Shown: positions 9,034 to 18,456 of the stretch, one piece after another | How the letters are laid out: every line of letters begins with the position of its first letter | Position numbering within the stretch: position 1 is the first letter of the stretch | Assembly (NCBI GenBank): GCA_039188455.1 | Contig: JBCCZA010000001.1 | Span: forward strand, 1 to 61,227 | Length of the DNA stretch: 61,227 bases | Source of the DNA: Planctomycetota bacterium | GTDB taxonomy: Bacteria; Planctomycetota; Phycisphaerae; Phycisphaerales; Phycisphaeraceae | Direction: 5' to 3' | Notes under the pieces: model-generated | Database searches by the model: none | Told to the model about the DNA's origin: nothing | Seen by the model: the letters and a program-made list of their open reading frames with translations, nothing else | Translations under genes and position numbers: made by a program

Positions 9034-10575
9034 ATGGAGTCCACGAAAGTGCGCTTGCGATTCGATGTGCTGGGCGTGTCAAGAGAGAAGATCTGGACGG
9101 CCGGGCATCGGGCCGTCTGGAGTTCATCGCGACTTTCGGTTGTTTTTGGGGTTGCCATAGCCGTTGTCTTGGGGGCACGGGGCCAGGCAGTTTGGCTGCC
9201 GCTCGACGCTGTCGGTCGGGTCGATGTCGGCCTGCCTCTCGATGGTCGGCAGATCTTTGTAAGCGATTCCCGGGGCGACGACACCAACGACGGGCTTTCC
9301 TCTGCGACTGCGGTGAAGACCCTGTCCAAGGCGATGTCCTTGGTGCGTAGCGGCAAGCCCGATCAAGTCCTGCTCAAGCGTGGTGACCGCTTCTTGGATC
9401 AGTCGTTCGGGCAGATCAACGACGTGACCACGGGCGGCCCGAGCCCCGACCGTCCCTTTGTGATTGCCAGCTATGGCACGGGCGCGCGGCCCATCGTCAC
9501 GCCCGCCAAGTTTGGAGAGGGCACGCCCGATGGCCTGCGTGTCTGGTCCGACAATTTCTCGAACGTCCTGATCAAGAGCGTGTCGATCGAGCGGCCAACC
9601 GACGAGTTTGGCGGCGGGGCCGGCATCTCGATCCTGAACCCCATCTCCAACGTTCACATCGAGGACGTGCGTGTGTCCGGCTTCGCGACCAACGTTGTGC
9701 TTCAGGGCCGTCGAGAGACGCACATGACCGACGTGGTCATCCGCCGATCGATTTTTGACAACGCGTTTGTCGATCGCGCCGAGTTGGACGCTCACTCCTC
9801 TGGGCTGTACGCATCCAACGTCGAGCGGCTGACCATCGAGGAGAGCGTGTTCGATCACAACGGCTGGAACGCCGAGATCGAAGAGGCGCGGCCCACGAAG
9901 TTCAATCACAACGTCTACATCCAGAGCGACAGCCTCGACGTCGTGTTCCGTGACAATATCGTGGGCCGCGCTTCGGCGGCGGGGCTTCAGATGCGACCCG
10001 GTGGCGAGGTCATCAACAACTTGTTCATCGCGAACAACGATGCCTTCTACCTGTCCGACGGTCAGTCCGACGCCGCGGGCTTGGCCGTCGACAACGTCGT
10101 CTTGCACGGGTCGGACAAAGACATCGCCGGAGCCGTCAGCTGGGGCATCGATATGAAAGACAATGCCGGTTACCGCGCGCTGCACAACATTGTCGCTCAT
10201 GGCCCCGATGGCGCAGGGGCGGCGCTCGTGGGTCTCGATGGTGTGCTCGCGGAGGGTAACGTGGTTTACGACTGGGGAACCAGCGAAGACGTGGGCCCGA
10301 TTGCAGAACTCGTTGATCCTGATCGGACGATCTTCTCGTACATGGAGGCGCTCGGTCTGGAGCCGACGATCGAGGCCTTTATGCTCGCCTCGGCCATGTT
10401 CGAGGAGGGGACCCTCGACCCGAGGTTTACCGCCCAAGCCGTGAACAGCTATTTCCGCGAGGGCTTCGCTGCCAATGAGCAGTGGGGACGCAACGACGCC
10501 AAGTACGTACCAACGCCAACGGCTATCGCGGCCGTTCCGCTGCTGATGTGGTGCCTCTTGCGCCGTCCGACCTGA
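9034..10575 (+). CDS. right-handed parallel beta-helix protein (polysaccharide-active enzyme candidate) with a PEP-CTERM-like C-terminus
   Basis: ORF 8953(TTG)..10575; ATG 9034 follows GGAAG. Repeated beta-helix turns (VHIEDVRVSG, VVIRRSIFDN, LTIEESVFDHNGW, NHNVYIQS, VFRDNIV, VINNLFIANN). Clear paralogue of the C-terminal domain of 37032..40004. The C-terminus VPTPTAIAAVPLLMWCLLRRPT looks like a PTP variant of PEP-CTERM. Confidence 0.7.
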   Translation: MESTKVRLRFDVLGVSREKIWTAGHRAVWSSSRLSVVFGVAIAVVLGARGQAVWLPLDAVGRVDVGLPLDGRQIFVSDSRGDDTNDGLSSATAVKTLSKAMSLVRSGKPDQVLLKRGDRFLDQSFGQINDVTTGGPSPDRPFVIASYGTGARPIVTPAKFGEGTPDGLRVWSDNFSNVLIKSVSIERPTDEFGGGAGISILNPISNVHIEDVRVSGFATNVVLQGRRETHMTDVVIRRSIFDNAFVDRAELDAHSSGLYASNVERLTIEESVFDHNGWNAEIEEARPTKFNHNVYIQSDSLDVVFRDNIVGRASAAGLQMRPGGEVINNLFIANNDAFYLSDGQSDAAGLAVDNVVLHGSDKDIAGAVSWGIDMKDNAGYRALHNIVAHGPDGAGAALVGLDGVLAEGNVVYDWGTSEDVGPIAELVDPDRTIFSYMEALGLEPTIEAFMLASAMFEEGTLDPRFTAQAVNSYFREGFAANEQWGRNDAKYVPTPTAIAAVPLLMWCLLRRPT

Positions 10576-10698
10576 GCTGTTTAAGTCAGGAAAGACGGCG
10601 CGTGTGCTAAAGGCCGAGGTCCCCGGGATTGCCAGCCGTGGGGTCCTCGTGGCTCGGCAGCGAGAGATGGGTTGCGGCGGGACTCGCGAGCGTAGACT

Positions 10699-13044
10699 TC
10701 AGGCCGTGTGGGCGGCGGGCAGGGTCGGATCGAGGCTGGCGTCGAGGGAGCCCAAGGCCAGCCGCTCTGAGGAAGTCGCCAGCACGGCCGCGGCGAGCGG
10801 GCCGTAACGCCTGACGTCGCTGGGGTCCACCTCGACCGGCAGCTTTTGCATGTCGGCGCGTCGGCTGACGCTGCGAAGGCTGGAAAGCTCGGGTCGTTCC
10901 GCAAGCTGAGCACGGTTGAAGACGAACCCCTCTAGGCGAGCGTCTGCGGCCTGAAGCCGACTGCGGGCGGTGATGACGGCTCTGCGGTGATCGCCGCGAC
11001 CGATGATGAGCAGGGTTCGTTCGGCCAGTGACGCGACGAGCGTCGCCTCCACGCTCGATCCGGCGGGGCCGGTATCGAATAGCACGACATCGAATTCGAG
11101 CCGCGCCTGCTCGATGATGCGCTTGATCAACGCGGGCGAGAGCGTGTTGGCGTGGCCAAGGGAGTTGGCGGCCTGGGGCAGCACGGACAGGTTGGGCACG
11201 CCGGCAGGCCCGACGCACTCGCTCAGCGGGATATCGGGTCCGACGTCGGTGATGCCGAGGGCGATCTCCTTCTGACGGTGCAGGATGGCGTTCCGCTGGG
11301 TTTCGTTGAGCCGCCCCTGTTCGACCAGCCAGTCGACTAGGCGCATCCCCGACTGGGAGGCTGAGTTGATCGCCACCGCGAGTGCTTCCTCATCGATCAG
11401 GCCTGCCTCGCGGAGCAGACGCTCGGCGGTGGGGCGGGGGGTGACGCCGTAGGCGGCGGTCAGTGCGCCGCCGACAAGGTCGGCGTCGACGATCAGCGTG
11501 CGCGAGCCGCTGGTGGCGAAGGCGACGCCGAGCGCCGAGATAACGCTGGTCTTGCCCGAGCCGGGTGCGGGGCTTGAGGCGGCGATGATCTGGCAGCCCT
11601 CTCCGCCGTCGGTAATGTGGAGGTGCGAGCGGAGTTGGTGGACACGGAGGCCCGCGACGGCGGCGTTGTCCAGGCCGTTGCCGATCGCCGGCAAAGCGGC
11701 GAGCATCGGCAGGCCCGGCAGCTCGAGTTCGGCGTCGTGGCCGGAGTTGATCCGCTGGCTGATCAGCGACGACCCGACGGTCAGCGCCAGGCCAAGCAGC
11801 CCCATCAATCCGCCGCCTGCGATGGCCAGTTGGAGCCGCTTGCCCAGGTTGCTGGGGCCATCGGGCGAGACGCCGAAGCCGATGATCTCGATTCGGCCCG
11901 TGACCGTCGACTCGATATTGCGTTTTTCCAGCTCGTGGCTGGACTCGGCGAGGCGGCGTTGGGCCTGGTCCAGCTGGCGGGTGAGTCGGTCGACCTCGGT
12001 GAGCCGGTGCGTCATCGCCGCCACTTCCTCGCTTACGACCTCGCGCTGGGCCATCAGCCGGTCGCGTTCGGCGTCCCGGCCGCTGCCCTTGCCGACGCCG
12101 TTCTCCTGCACCGTGTAGGCCTGGCGCTGCTGGCCGATCATGCGATCGAGGTCGTACAGCTGTGAGCGGAGTTGTCGGACGCTCGCGTGGTTCTCCATCT
12201 TGCCGGCGGCCAGCTCGCGTTGGAGCTCCATCTGCAGTCCGCGTTGAATGGTGAGCAGCTCGACCATCGCCGTGTCTTCGGTGTCGAGTTCGGTCGAGGT
12301 GGGGTCGCGGCGGTTGAGTTCGGCCAGGTCGACGTCGAGGTTGTCTAAGGCCAGCATCTTGGTGTCGTGGCGGTGGCGGAGTCCGCTGACGCCCAATGGA
12401 CCGGTGATCTCGCCGATCTGAGCCTCGAGGCGTTCGATCGCGGAAAGCGCCTGCTGGCGGGTCTGTTCGAGAATCAGCGTGACCTGCTCTTCTTTGCTGG
12501 AGCCGGTATTCTCGGCTGCTTCGGCGTACGCCCGCAGCGTGGCGTTGACGCCTGCTGCCGCGAGGTCGGGGTGGTCTGCCTCGAATCGCACCACGAACAG
12601 GTAGCTGCCGCTGGTGACTTGCTTGGCGGTTACCGACTCCTGGAACTCTTCCACCGTTAGGGCCATGCCGTGTCGGCTTGTCGCTTGCACCCACTCGGGA
12701 TCGTCGACCGCGCGGGACGCGACCGCCGGCCCCTCAATAATCTCCGGCTGGGTAGCCAAGAGGTCGCGGAACATCGGCGGCAGGCCCTTCTCACGGAGGT
12801 CCCACATCACGGTCGGCAGCACGGGATGCATCTGCACCTGCCCCGCGCTCAAGAAGCGGTCCTGGATCGACGAGTATCCGATCACCATCCCCGTGGCACC
12901 GAACATCACCACCAAAATCATCGCAAGACGCCAACGCGCCCGGAGCGCGTGCAGCAGCTTGGCCCGACGACGTATCGCAGCCAGGTCGCTTGTGGAGGCG
13001 TCTGGGTCGCTCGCGTGTTGATGCCCGTTCGGACTCATTGGCAT
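10699..13044 (-). CDS. polysaccharide co-polymerase (PCP-2a) fused to a BY-kinase-like P-loop ATPase (Wzc/GumC/EpsG-like)
   Basis: TM1 (LAMILVVMFGATGMVIGY), about 340 aa of coiled-coil periplasmic region, TM2 (LAIAGGGLMGLLGLALTVG). These are followed by Walker A SSPAPGSGKTS, Walker A' LIVDADL and Walker B FDVVLFDTGP. ATG 13044 is preceded by GGGAGAG. Confidence 0.85.
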   Translation of the reverse strand: MPMSPNGHQHASDPDASTSDLAAIRRRAKLLHALRARWRLAMILVVMFGATGMVIGYSSIQDRFLSAGQVQMHPVLPTVMWDLREKGLPPMFRDLLATQPEIIEGPAVASRAVDDPEWVQATSRHGMALTVEEFQESVTAKQVTSGSYLFVVRFEADHPDLAAAGVNATLRAYAEAAENTGSSKEEQVTLILEQTRQQALSAIERLEAQIGEITGPLGVSGLRHRHDTKMLALDNLDVDLAELNRRDPTSTELDTEDTAMVELLTIQRGLQMELQRELAAGKMENHASVRQLRSQLYDLDRMIGQQRQAYTVQENGVGKGSGRDAERDRLMAQREVVSEEVAAMTHRLTEVDRLTRQLDQAQRRLAESSHELEKRNIESTVTGRIEIIGFGVSPDGPSNLGKRLQLAIAGGGLMGLLGLALTVGSSLISQRINSGHDAELELPGLPMLAALPAIGNGLDNAAVAGLRVHQLRSHLHITDGGEGCQIIAASSPAPGSGKTSVISALGVAFATSGSRTLIVDADLVGGALTAAYGVTPRPTAERLLREAGLIDEEALAVAINSASQSGMRLVDWLVEQGRLNETQRNAILHRQKEIALGITDVGPDIPLSECVGPAGVPNLSVLPQAANSLGHANTLSPALIKRIIEQARLEFDVVLFDTGPAGSSVEATLVASLAERTLLIIGRGDHRRAVITARSRLQAADARLEGFVFNRAQLAERPELSSLRSVSRRADMQKLPVEVDPSDVRRYGPLAAAVLATSSERLALGSLDASLDPTLPAAHTA

Positions 13045-13054
13045 GTTCTCTCCC

Positions 13055-14383
13055 TCACCCGGCTTGCGCCGGTGTTCTGTCCTTTGGCTCGCGCTCCGCG
13101 GATCGCGGCGTGTTCTCGGGTTGGTTTGCTTGCCGAGCTGCCGATCCGCCCGACTCCAGCCGCTTGGACCAGCGGACCACCGGCCGCTCCATCCCGTACC
13201 ACGATGCCGCTGCGATCAGGGTCGCCAGACCCGTCGCGACGGCTCCAAAGGCGGCGCGCTCCACCCAACCAATGGATTCAACCCCTTCAAATCCGCCGTG
13301 CCAGAGATTTTTCACCCAAAGCATCGACGGGTAGTGCCATAAATACAGTCCATAGCTTATCACGCCGACCCATCTCAACAAAGGGAGATCTAACCACCCG
13401 CCGATCCGGCCCGTGAAAGGCAGCGAGGTCATCACCACCATCATGAACACCGGGAAAATGGGGAAGCCATGCCCTAGCCCGAGCGATGCGGCGTGGGGTG
13501 CCAGCGGGGCCAACGCCAGGAATACCAGGGTCGCCGCCACGATCGCCCCGTCGAACGCGTTGAATCGCCCCCACGACGGTCGCCGCCAACGCTCGGCTCG
13601 CCCGGTCGACACAAGCCACACGATCCCCCAGCCCGACAGCACGCCGACGAGAAAATAGGCAAACAGCCCGATTGGGTTCTGGAAGGGCAGGAAATTGTTC
13701 GCTGCGCTCCAGGGCAGCCCCTGGGCCGTCGTCCGCACGCCGTCGAGCATCGGCTCGAAAACCGCCCGCCCGACCGCCCAGTTCCCGACCGCGATCGCCG
13801 CCGCTAGGCCCGCGATCACGCCCGCCGCCGCCGCCAGTCCCGGCCGCATCCGTCGCCACGCGAACACGCCCACCATCGGGATCGCCAGCAGCAGGTAGAA
13901 CTGCATCTCGATCCCGATGGACCACAGCGGCGGATCGCCTTCGACCGGGAAGAACGTCTGGTAGTGGAACGAGTTCAGGTACAGCAGGCCGGCGATGAGC
14001 CGAACGGTTTGCGTGATGCTGAAGTCGCTGAACGCGACGAAACTCACGAGGCTGGCGACCGTGAAAGCCGGCACGATCCGCGCGATCCGCCGATTGGCGT
14101 ATCGCCCGAGGTTCGGCATCGGTCCGCTGTCCGCGTAGGCCTTCCAGAACGGGTACGACAGCAACATCCCGCTGAGGACGAAGAACGCCCCGACGCCCAG
14201 GCCCAGCTGCTCCCATCGCACGATCTTCTTGATCATCGCGTCGATCGAGCCATGGGGATCGGGTGTCACGTTGTAGAGGTGGATGACAACGACCAGCAGG
14301 CAAGCGAGCCCGCGCACGCCGTCTGCGCCGGCGAGGTGACGCGGGTACGCCGGGCTTGATGTGACCTGACTGCTTCTGCTCAT
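13055..14383 (-). CDS. acyltransferase family 3 (OafA/YrhL-like) membrane O-acyltransferase
   Basis: N-terminal HLAGADGVRGLACLLVVVIH motif and about 10 predicted TM helices. The longest ORF begins at GTG 14404; ATG 14383 was chosen. Confidence 0.8.
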   Translation of the reverse strand: MSRSSQVTSSPAYPRHLAGADGVRGLACLLVVVIHLYNVTPDPHGSIDAMIKKIVRWEQLGLGVGAFFVLSGMLLSYPFWKAYADSGPMPNLGRYANRRIARIVPAFTVASLVSFVAFSDFSITQTVRLIAGLLYLNSFHYQTFFPVEGDPPLWSIGIEMQFYLLLAIPMVGVFAWRRMRPGLAAAAGVIAGLAAAIAVGNWAVGRAVFEPMLDGVRTTAQGLPWSAANNFLPFQNPIGLFAYFLVGVLSGWGIVWLVSTGRAERWRRPSWGRFNAFDGAIVAATLVFLALAPLAPHAASLGLGHGFPIFPVFMMVVMTSLPFTGRIGGWLDLPLLRWVGVISYGLYLWHYPSMLWVKNLWHGGFEGVESIGWVERAAFGAVATGLATLIAAASWYGMERPVVRWSKRLESGGSAARQANQPENTPRSAEREPKDRTPAQAG

Positions 14384-14425
14384 CCCGTCACCCTTGTCCC
14401 TCACGCCGCGCGGAGCCAGCCGCGT

Positions 14426-15607
14426 TCACACGCCCACCGCCGCGTCCCTGGTCGTCGCCGCGGCCTGGCTTGCGTGCTTAGTGTCTGTCCAAGGCTCCGC
14501 CAGCGTCGCGAGGTGCGCCACACGCTCCTCCGCCGTGGGATTGGTCTCGATCCCCGCCAGCGCCAGCAGCTCGAGCCAGCGGTGCGACCAGTCGAACCGT
14601 CGCAGCGACTCGGCGACGTTCCGCCGGCTCATCGCTTCCATCCGTTCAGGCTCGGCCAGCAACGCGACCAGCCGCTCGGGCATCTCGGGGTCGTCGAACG
14701 GCGTGGCGATCGCCGCATCCGCCCAGTCGAAGGTCTCGCGGAATACCGCCGTGTTCGGCACGTCGCCGATCAACACCGCCCCGCCCGCGGCACCCTCGAA
14801 GAAGCGGGCACCGATCTCTTGCTGGCTGGCGCCCAGGTCGTTGACGAATCCGCGGTTGGCGATGAAGAACTTGCTGCGCTGGATCGTCTGAGCAAGCAGT
14901 CGGCGGTGTTGCAGCGCGTCGATCACGTCCTTGATGCCGACCGAGTCGAAGTGGTAGAGGAACCGCTTGTCGGCGCTGCGCTCGTACAGGGCGGCGTGCG
15001 TCACTTCGCTGCGTCGCCCCATGTAGTACACGTCGAGCAGACGCGGCGCGCCCGGCAGCGGGGCGAACATCGCCGCGTCTACCCCGAGGCGCACGTGTTC
15101 GGCTCGGGTCGTAAGTTTCTCACTCAACGGCGGGATCGACTCGTGGCAGGGCGTGGCGACGATGTCAAAGTCGTTTAGCTCGGGCACCCAGTCGACGTAG
15201 TGCAGCGCCTTGATCCAGAAGTCGGAGATGTAGCAGACCTTGGTTCTGCAACGCTCGCGCCAGCCCTCGACCGAGCGGAGAGTCCACAGGTCGGCCGGTG
15301 ACTGGCAGGCGACGAACATCAACTCATAGTCACGATCGACCTTGGCGGGTCGGGGCTTGCTGCGGTCGCCGAGCTCGAAGCCGGTGAGACGCTTGGCGAG
15401 CATCGCGGCCGTCTTGCCGGGCGTGAGCGTGTCGCGACCGGGGCGAAGGACATCGCAGGGCTCGATCGCCCGGACGACGCGCTCGAACTCAGCGATCCAG
15501 GCATTCGAGACCGGTGGGCGATCGCGCAGGATGGAGTACAGCAGCGTGCGGGCCTGGCCGGTCTTGCCGCCTTGAGAGGCATCGGGCTTGGGTGTGATGA
15601 CGGTCAT
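14426..15607 (-). CDS. CgeB-family glycosyltransferase-like protein (Glyco_trans_1_2-like)
   Basis: Real start taken as ATG 15607 (MTVITPKPD). The 62 upstream codons of the track ORF are Arg/Pro-rich and overlap the upstream gene. C-terminal block IGARFFEGAAGGAVLIGD...LLAEPERMEAMSRRNVAESL resembles the RFFEAAACG block of CgeB-like proteins. Confidence 0.55.
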   Translation of the reverse strand: MTVITPKPDASQGGKTGQARTLLYSILRDRPPVSNAWIAEFERVVRAIEPCDVLRPGRDTLTPGKTAAMLAKRLTGFELGDRSKPRPAKVDRDYELMFVACQSPADLWTLRSVEGWRERCRTKVCYISDFWIKALHYVDWVPELNDFDIVATPCHESIPPLSEKLTTRAEHVRLGVDAAMFAPLPGAPRLLDVYYMGRRSEVTHAALYERSADKRFLYHFDSVGIKDVIDALQHRRLLAQTIQRSKFFIANRGFVNDLGASQQEIGARFFEGAAGGAVLIGDVPNTAVFRETFDWADAAIATPFDDPEMPERLVALLAEPERMEAMSRRNVAESLRRFDWSHRWLELLALAGIETNPTAEERVAHLATLAEPWTDTKHASQAAATTRDAAVGV

Positions 15608-15632
15608 ACGCGGTCTCGGGCGGGCGGTCCGA

Positions 15633-16952
15633 TCAAGCGGGCGTGGCCGAGCCGAGCGCGGCGAGCGCGGCGTCGGCCGCGTCTTCCCCGCTGACGTACG
15701 ACTCGTCCGTCCAGTGGTAGTTCCACAGGCCGTAGCGGCCGGCGGTGTGGATATTGACTTCTTCGAGATAGGCGCGAACGGTCGCGATCGCATCGGGGCG
15801 GTCGCGGTCGAAGATGATGTTGGCGTAGGGCAGCAGCTGGGCCCCCTGGTAGATGATCTCGTCGTCGTCCTTCACCAGCCCGCACTTGCGCAGGTCGGCC
15901 AGGGCAACGGGGATCAGGTCGTCGGGCGACATCTCCAGCGGCTTGTACTTGTCTGAAAAGTAGATCTCGCACTGGATGCTGCCGCAGCCCTCGGGGGCGT
16001 TGGAGGCGGCGAACATGTGGGGGAAGCTCAGGCGCGCAAAGCAGATGTCTGCGTCGTAGAAATATGACCAGTCGGCCTTGGAGATGTCGGTGCGCGCCAG
16101 GCCGAAGTTCGCCACGACGCACTTAGTACAGGCGAGCTTGGCAACCGCGTCTCGGACGTGCTGTGGCGCCGAGTCGATGCGTTCGATCAGCCGTGGCAGG
16201 GGGACGGTCGAGACGAGCTGTTCGTAAGACTGGGTTGAGCCATCGTCGTAGCGGACCTCGCGGGTAATCGGGTCGATCTTGGTGATCTCGCGGTTGCACT
16301 GCACCTCGAGCTCGTTGGCCAGGCCGTCGACGTAGGCCATGAACCCGCCGTGGTTGGGGTAGCGAAAGTTGTCGATGTAGTGGACGTCAGCGGTCTGCTC
16401 GGTCATCGCGCCGGTGAGCACCTCCTCGAGCTTCGGGCGGTACAGCCGTGGTCCGAGCCAGTCGGTGGTCATGTTGATCGCCTCGCAGGTGTGGTACTTG
16501 CGGGTGTAGGCCATCGGGAAGTTGTGTGCGAATGTCTTGCCGAACGTCGCCTCGAGCCAGTCCTGGTAGTGGTTGATCTCGGGGTCCTGGACCTTGGATG
16601 CCTCGATGAAGTCGGCGATGCACTTGACGCGCAGCTCGACGGGCAGACGAGCGAGGTTGATCTGTGCGGGGTGCTTGATCCACATGCCCCGGTAGTAGTT
16701 GTCGACGTAAGTCTGCAGGGGCGTGTAGTCGCCCCCCACGGCGTCGGCAAGGACGCCTTGCATGCGCTCGTTCTTGGTGAACGAGATGTGCGGACCTTCG
16801 TCGAAGGTGAAGCCGTCGTGCGTATGGGACTTGGTGTGTCCGCCCACACGCGACTGTTTCTCGACGACCAGCGGCTTAACGCCGCCCTCGAGAAGCCGTC
16901 GTGCCGCGCCGAGGCCGGCCATGCCCGAACCGATTACGAGTGCCTGTGTCAT
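15633..16952 (-). CDS. FAD-dependent oxidoreductase, UDP-galactopyranose-mutase-like (amine-oxidase fold)
   Basis: Start ATG 16952 (MTQALVIGSGMAGLGAARRL = GxGxxG, then EKQSRVGGH). The ATGA overlaps the upstream stop. Blocks DWLEATFGKTFAHNFPMAYTRKYH and TAGRYGLWNYHWTDES resemble, from memory, long-form UGM enzymes. The 224 upstream codons of the track ORF are an artefact. Confidence 0.65.
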   Translation of the reverse strand: MTQALVIGSGMAGLGAARRLLEGGVKPLVVEKQSRVGGHTKSHTHDGFTFDEGPHISFTKNERMQGVLADAVGGDYTPLQTYVDNYYRGMWIKHPAQINLARLPVELRVKCIADFIEASKVQDPEINHYQDWLEATFGKTFAHNFPMAYTRKYHTCEAINMTTDWLGPRLYRPKLEEVLTGAMTEQTADVHYIDNFRYPNHGGFMAYVDGLANELEVQCNREITKIDPITREVRYDDGSTQSYEQLVSTVPLPRLIERIDSAPQHVRDAVAKLACTKCVVANFGLARTDISKADWSYFYDADICFARLSFPHMFAASNAPEGCGSIQCEIYFSDKYKPLEMSPDDLIPVALADLRKCGLVKDDDEIIYQGAQLLPYANIIFDRDRPDAIATVRAYLEEVNIHTAGRYGLWNYHWTDESYVSGEDAADAALAALGSATPA

Positions 16953-17896
16953 GCGGATGCCTTGGTAGGAGCGGGCGACGGTGCGTCGAGCGCCATGCGA
17001 GCCCGTTCGATGACGTCGGCCACGCCGGCCGACAGGTTCATGGTCGGCTTGTAGCCGACCTCGTCGATCAGTCGCCGATTGCGTGCGACAATGAGCGGTG
17101 GTTCGTGAGCCCCGGTGGGCTTGGCGCCCCATTGCACGAACTCGGGTCTGCCGATCTGCTCGGCGGCCTCGGCAACAAGGTCCCGCACACGGATCGCTTC
17201 GCCGGTCGCGACGTTCACCGGCCCGACCACGTCCGACCCCAGCAACGCCACCAGCCCGCCCGCGACATCGGCGACGTGCATATAGTCGCGGAGCTGTCGG
17301 CCATGAGACACCTCCGCCGGCCGACCCGCCAGCAGGTTGTTCACCACCGTCGGCAGCAGTCGTGCCGAGGCCTCGCCGGGGCCGTACACGAAAAACACAC
17401 GACCCCACGCGGTGGTCACGTCGTACGCATCGGTCAACGCCGCTGCGGCGTGACGCGTCGCGAGCTTGGCCCGGCCATATGCCGTGTTGGGGAACTCGGG
17501 CGTGGCCGTTTCGTCGCACATGCCCGTCGACCAGTCGTATTCGCCGCACGTGCCACAACCCACCACGCGCCGCCCACCGGCCCGGGCAAAAGCCGTCATC
17601 AGCGCGACGCTGTGTCGGTACCACGCGTAGTTCTCAGGCGAACGCCAGATGTCGCCGCTGACCGCCCGCCACGCCAGGTGCAGCAGGTGCGTCGGGCGAT
17701 ACTCGCGCAGCACCGCGTCGATCGACGCCGCCTCCGTCACGTCCATCGCTACCAATCGCTCGCTCGCCGCCGCCTCGCCCAGACCGTCGCTCGATCGGCC
17801 GGTGACCACCGTGTCGATCCCAGCCTCGGCCAGACGGGTGCGGCAGGCACGCCCGACAAAACCCGTCGATCCCGTCAGCAGCACCCGCGTGCTCAT
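16949..17896 (-). CDS. NAD-dependent epimerase/dehydratase family (extended SDR), probable nucleotide-sugar 4-ketoreductase
   Basis: MSTRVLLTGSTGFVGRA (Rossmann GxxGxxG), YGRAK (YxxxK). Start ATG 17896 forms an ATGA overlap with the upstream stop. Confidence 0.8.
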   Translation of the reverse strand: MSTRVLLTGSTGFVGRACRTRLAEAGIDTVVTGRSSDGLGEAAASERLVAMDVTEAASIDAVLREYRPTHLLHLAWRAVSGDIWRSPENYAWYRHSVALMTAFARAGGRRVVGCGTCGEYDWSTGMCDETATPEFPNTAYGRAKLATRHAAAALTDAYDVTTAWGRVFFVYGPGEASARLLPTVVNNLLAGRPAEVSHGRQLRDYMHVADVAGGLVALLGSDVVGPVNVATGEAIRVRDLVAEAAEQIGRPEFVQWGAKPTGAHEPPLIVARNRRLIDEVGYKPTMNLSAGVADVIERARMALDAPSPAPTKASA

Positions 17897-18456
17897 GCGC
17901 CGCCCCCCGCCACGCCGATCGGCCGCGCCCAATGCACGTCCGGCCAAAGCTGATCCTTCTCCGATACCGACGTCGGCCGCATCGGCCAGTCGATCCCCAC
18001 GCTCGGGTCGTTCCATCGCACGCCGCGCTCCGCGTCCGGTGCGTATCGCCCGAACGCGGCGTACAGCACCGCTGCGCCGTCAGCCAAGGCCATGTACCCG
18101 TGCGCACAGCCCTCGGGGATGTACACCGCTCGCTGGTTGTTGGCGCTCACGCGCTCGCCGTGCCAGCGGCCGTAGGTCGGCGAGTCCTCGCGCATATCGA
18201 CCATCACGTCGAACACCTCGCCCACGATGCACATCAGGTACTTCGCGTCTCCGTGCGGCGCGACTTGATAGTGCAGGCCACGCAGTGTTCCCGTCTCAGC
18301 GTTGTCCGAGTAGTTCCATTGCACCGGCGTGTCGCGCAGCCCGGCCGCGGCCAACTCGTCCACACAGTACCGCCGGGCGAACGAGCCGCGCGCGTCGCCG
18401 CGCCGCTCGACGTCGACGATCAGGCTGCCGTGGATCGGGCCGGGCTCAATGAGCAT
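17893..18456 (-). CDS. RmlC-type cupin, nucleotide-4-keto-6-deoxyhexose 3,5-epimerase family
   Basis: 187 aa; DARGSFARR, LRGLHYQ, KYLMCIVGEVFDVMVDMR, AVYIPEGCAHGY are the RmlC/RfbC family blocks. Overlaps the upstream gene by 11 nt. Confidence 0.8.
   Translation of the reverse strand: MLIEPGPIHGSLIVDVERRGDARGSFARRYCVDELAAAGLRDTPVQWNYSDNAETGTLRGLHYQVAPHGDAKYLMCIVGEVFDVMVDMREDSPTYGRWHGERVSANNQRAVYIPEGCAHGYMALADGAAVLYAAFGRYAPDAERGVRWNDPSVGIDWPMRPTSVSEKDQLWPDVHWARPIGVAGGGA

Noticed and set aside
10616-10648. Hairpin GAGGTCCCC-15 nt-GGGGTCCTC in the convergent gap between the beta-helix gene and the Wzc-like gene, as a bidirectional terminator
   Set aside because: The stem has an internal mismatch, the loop is long and there is no flanking T/A tract.
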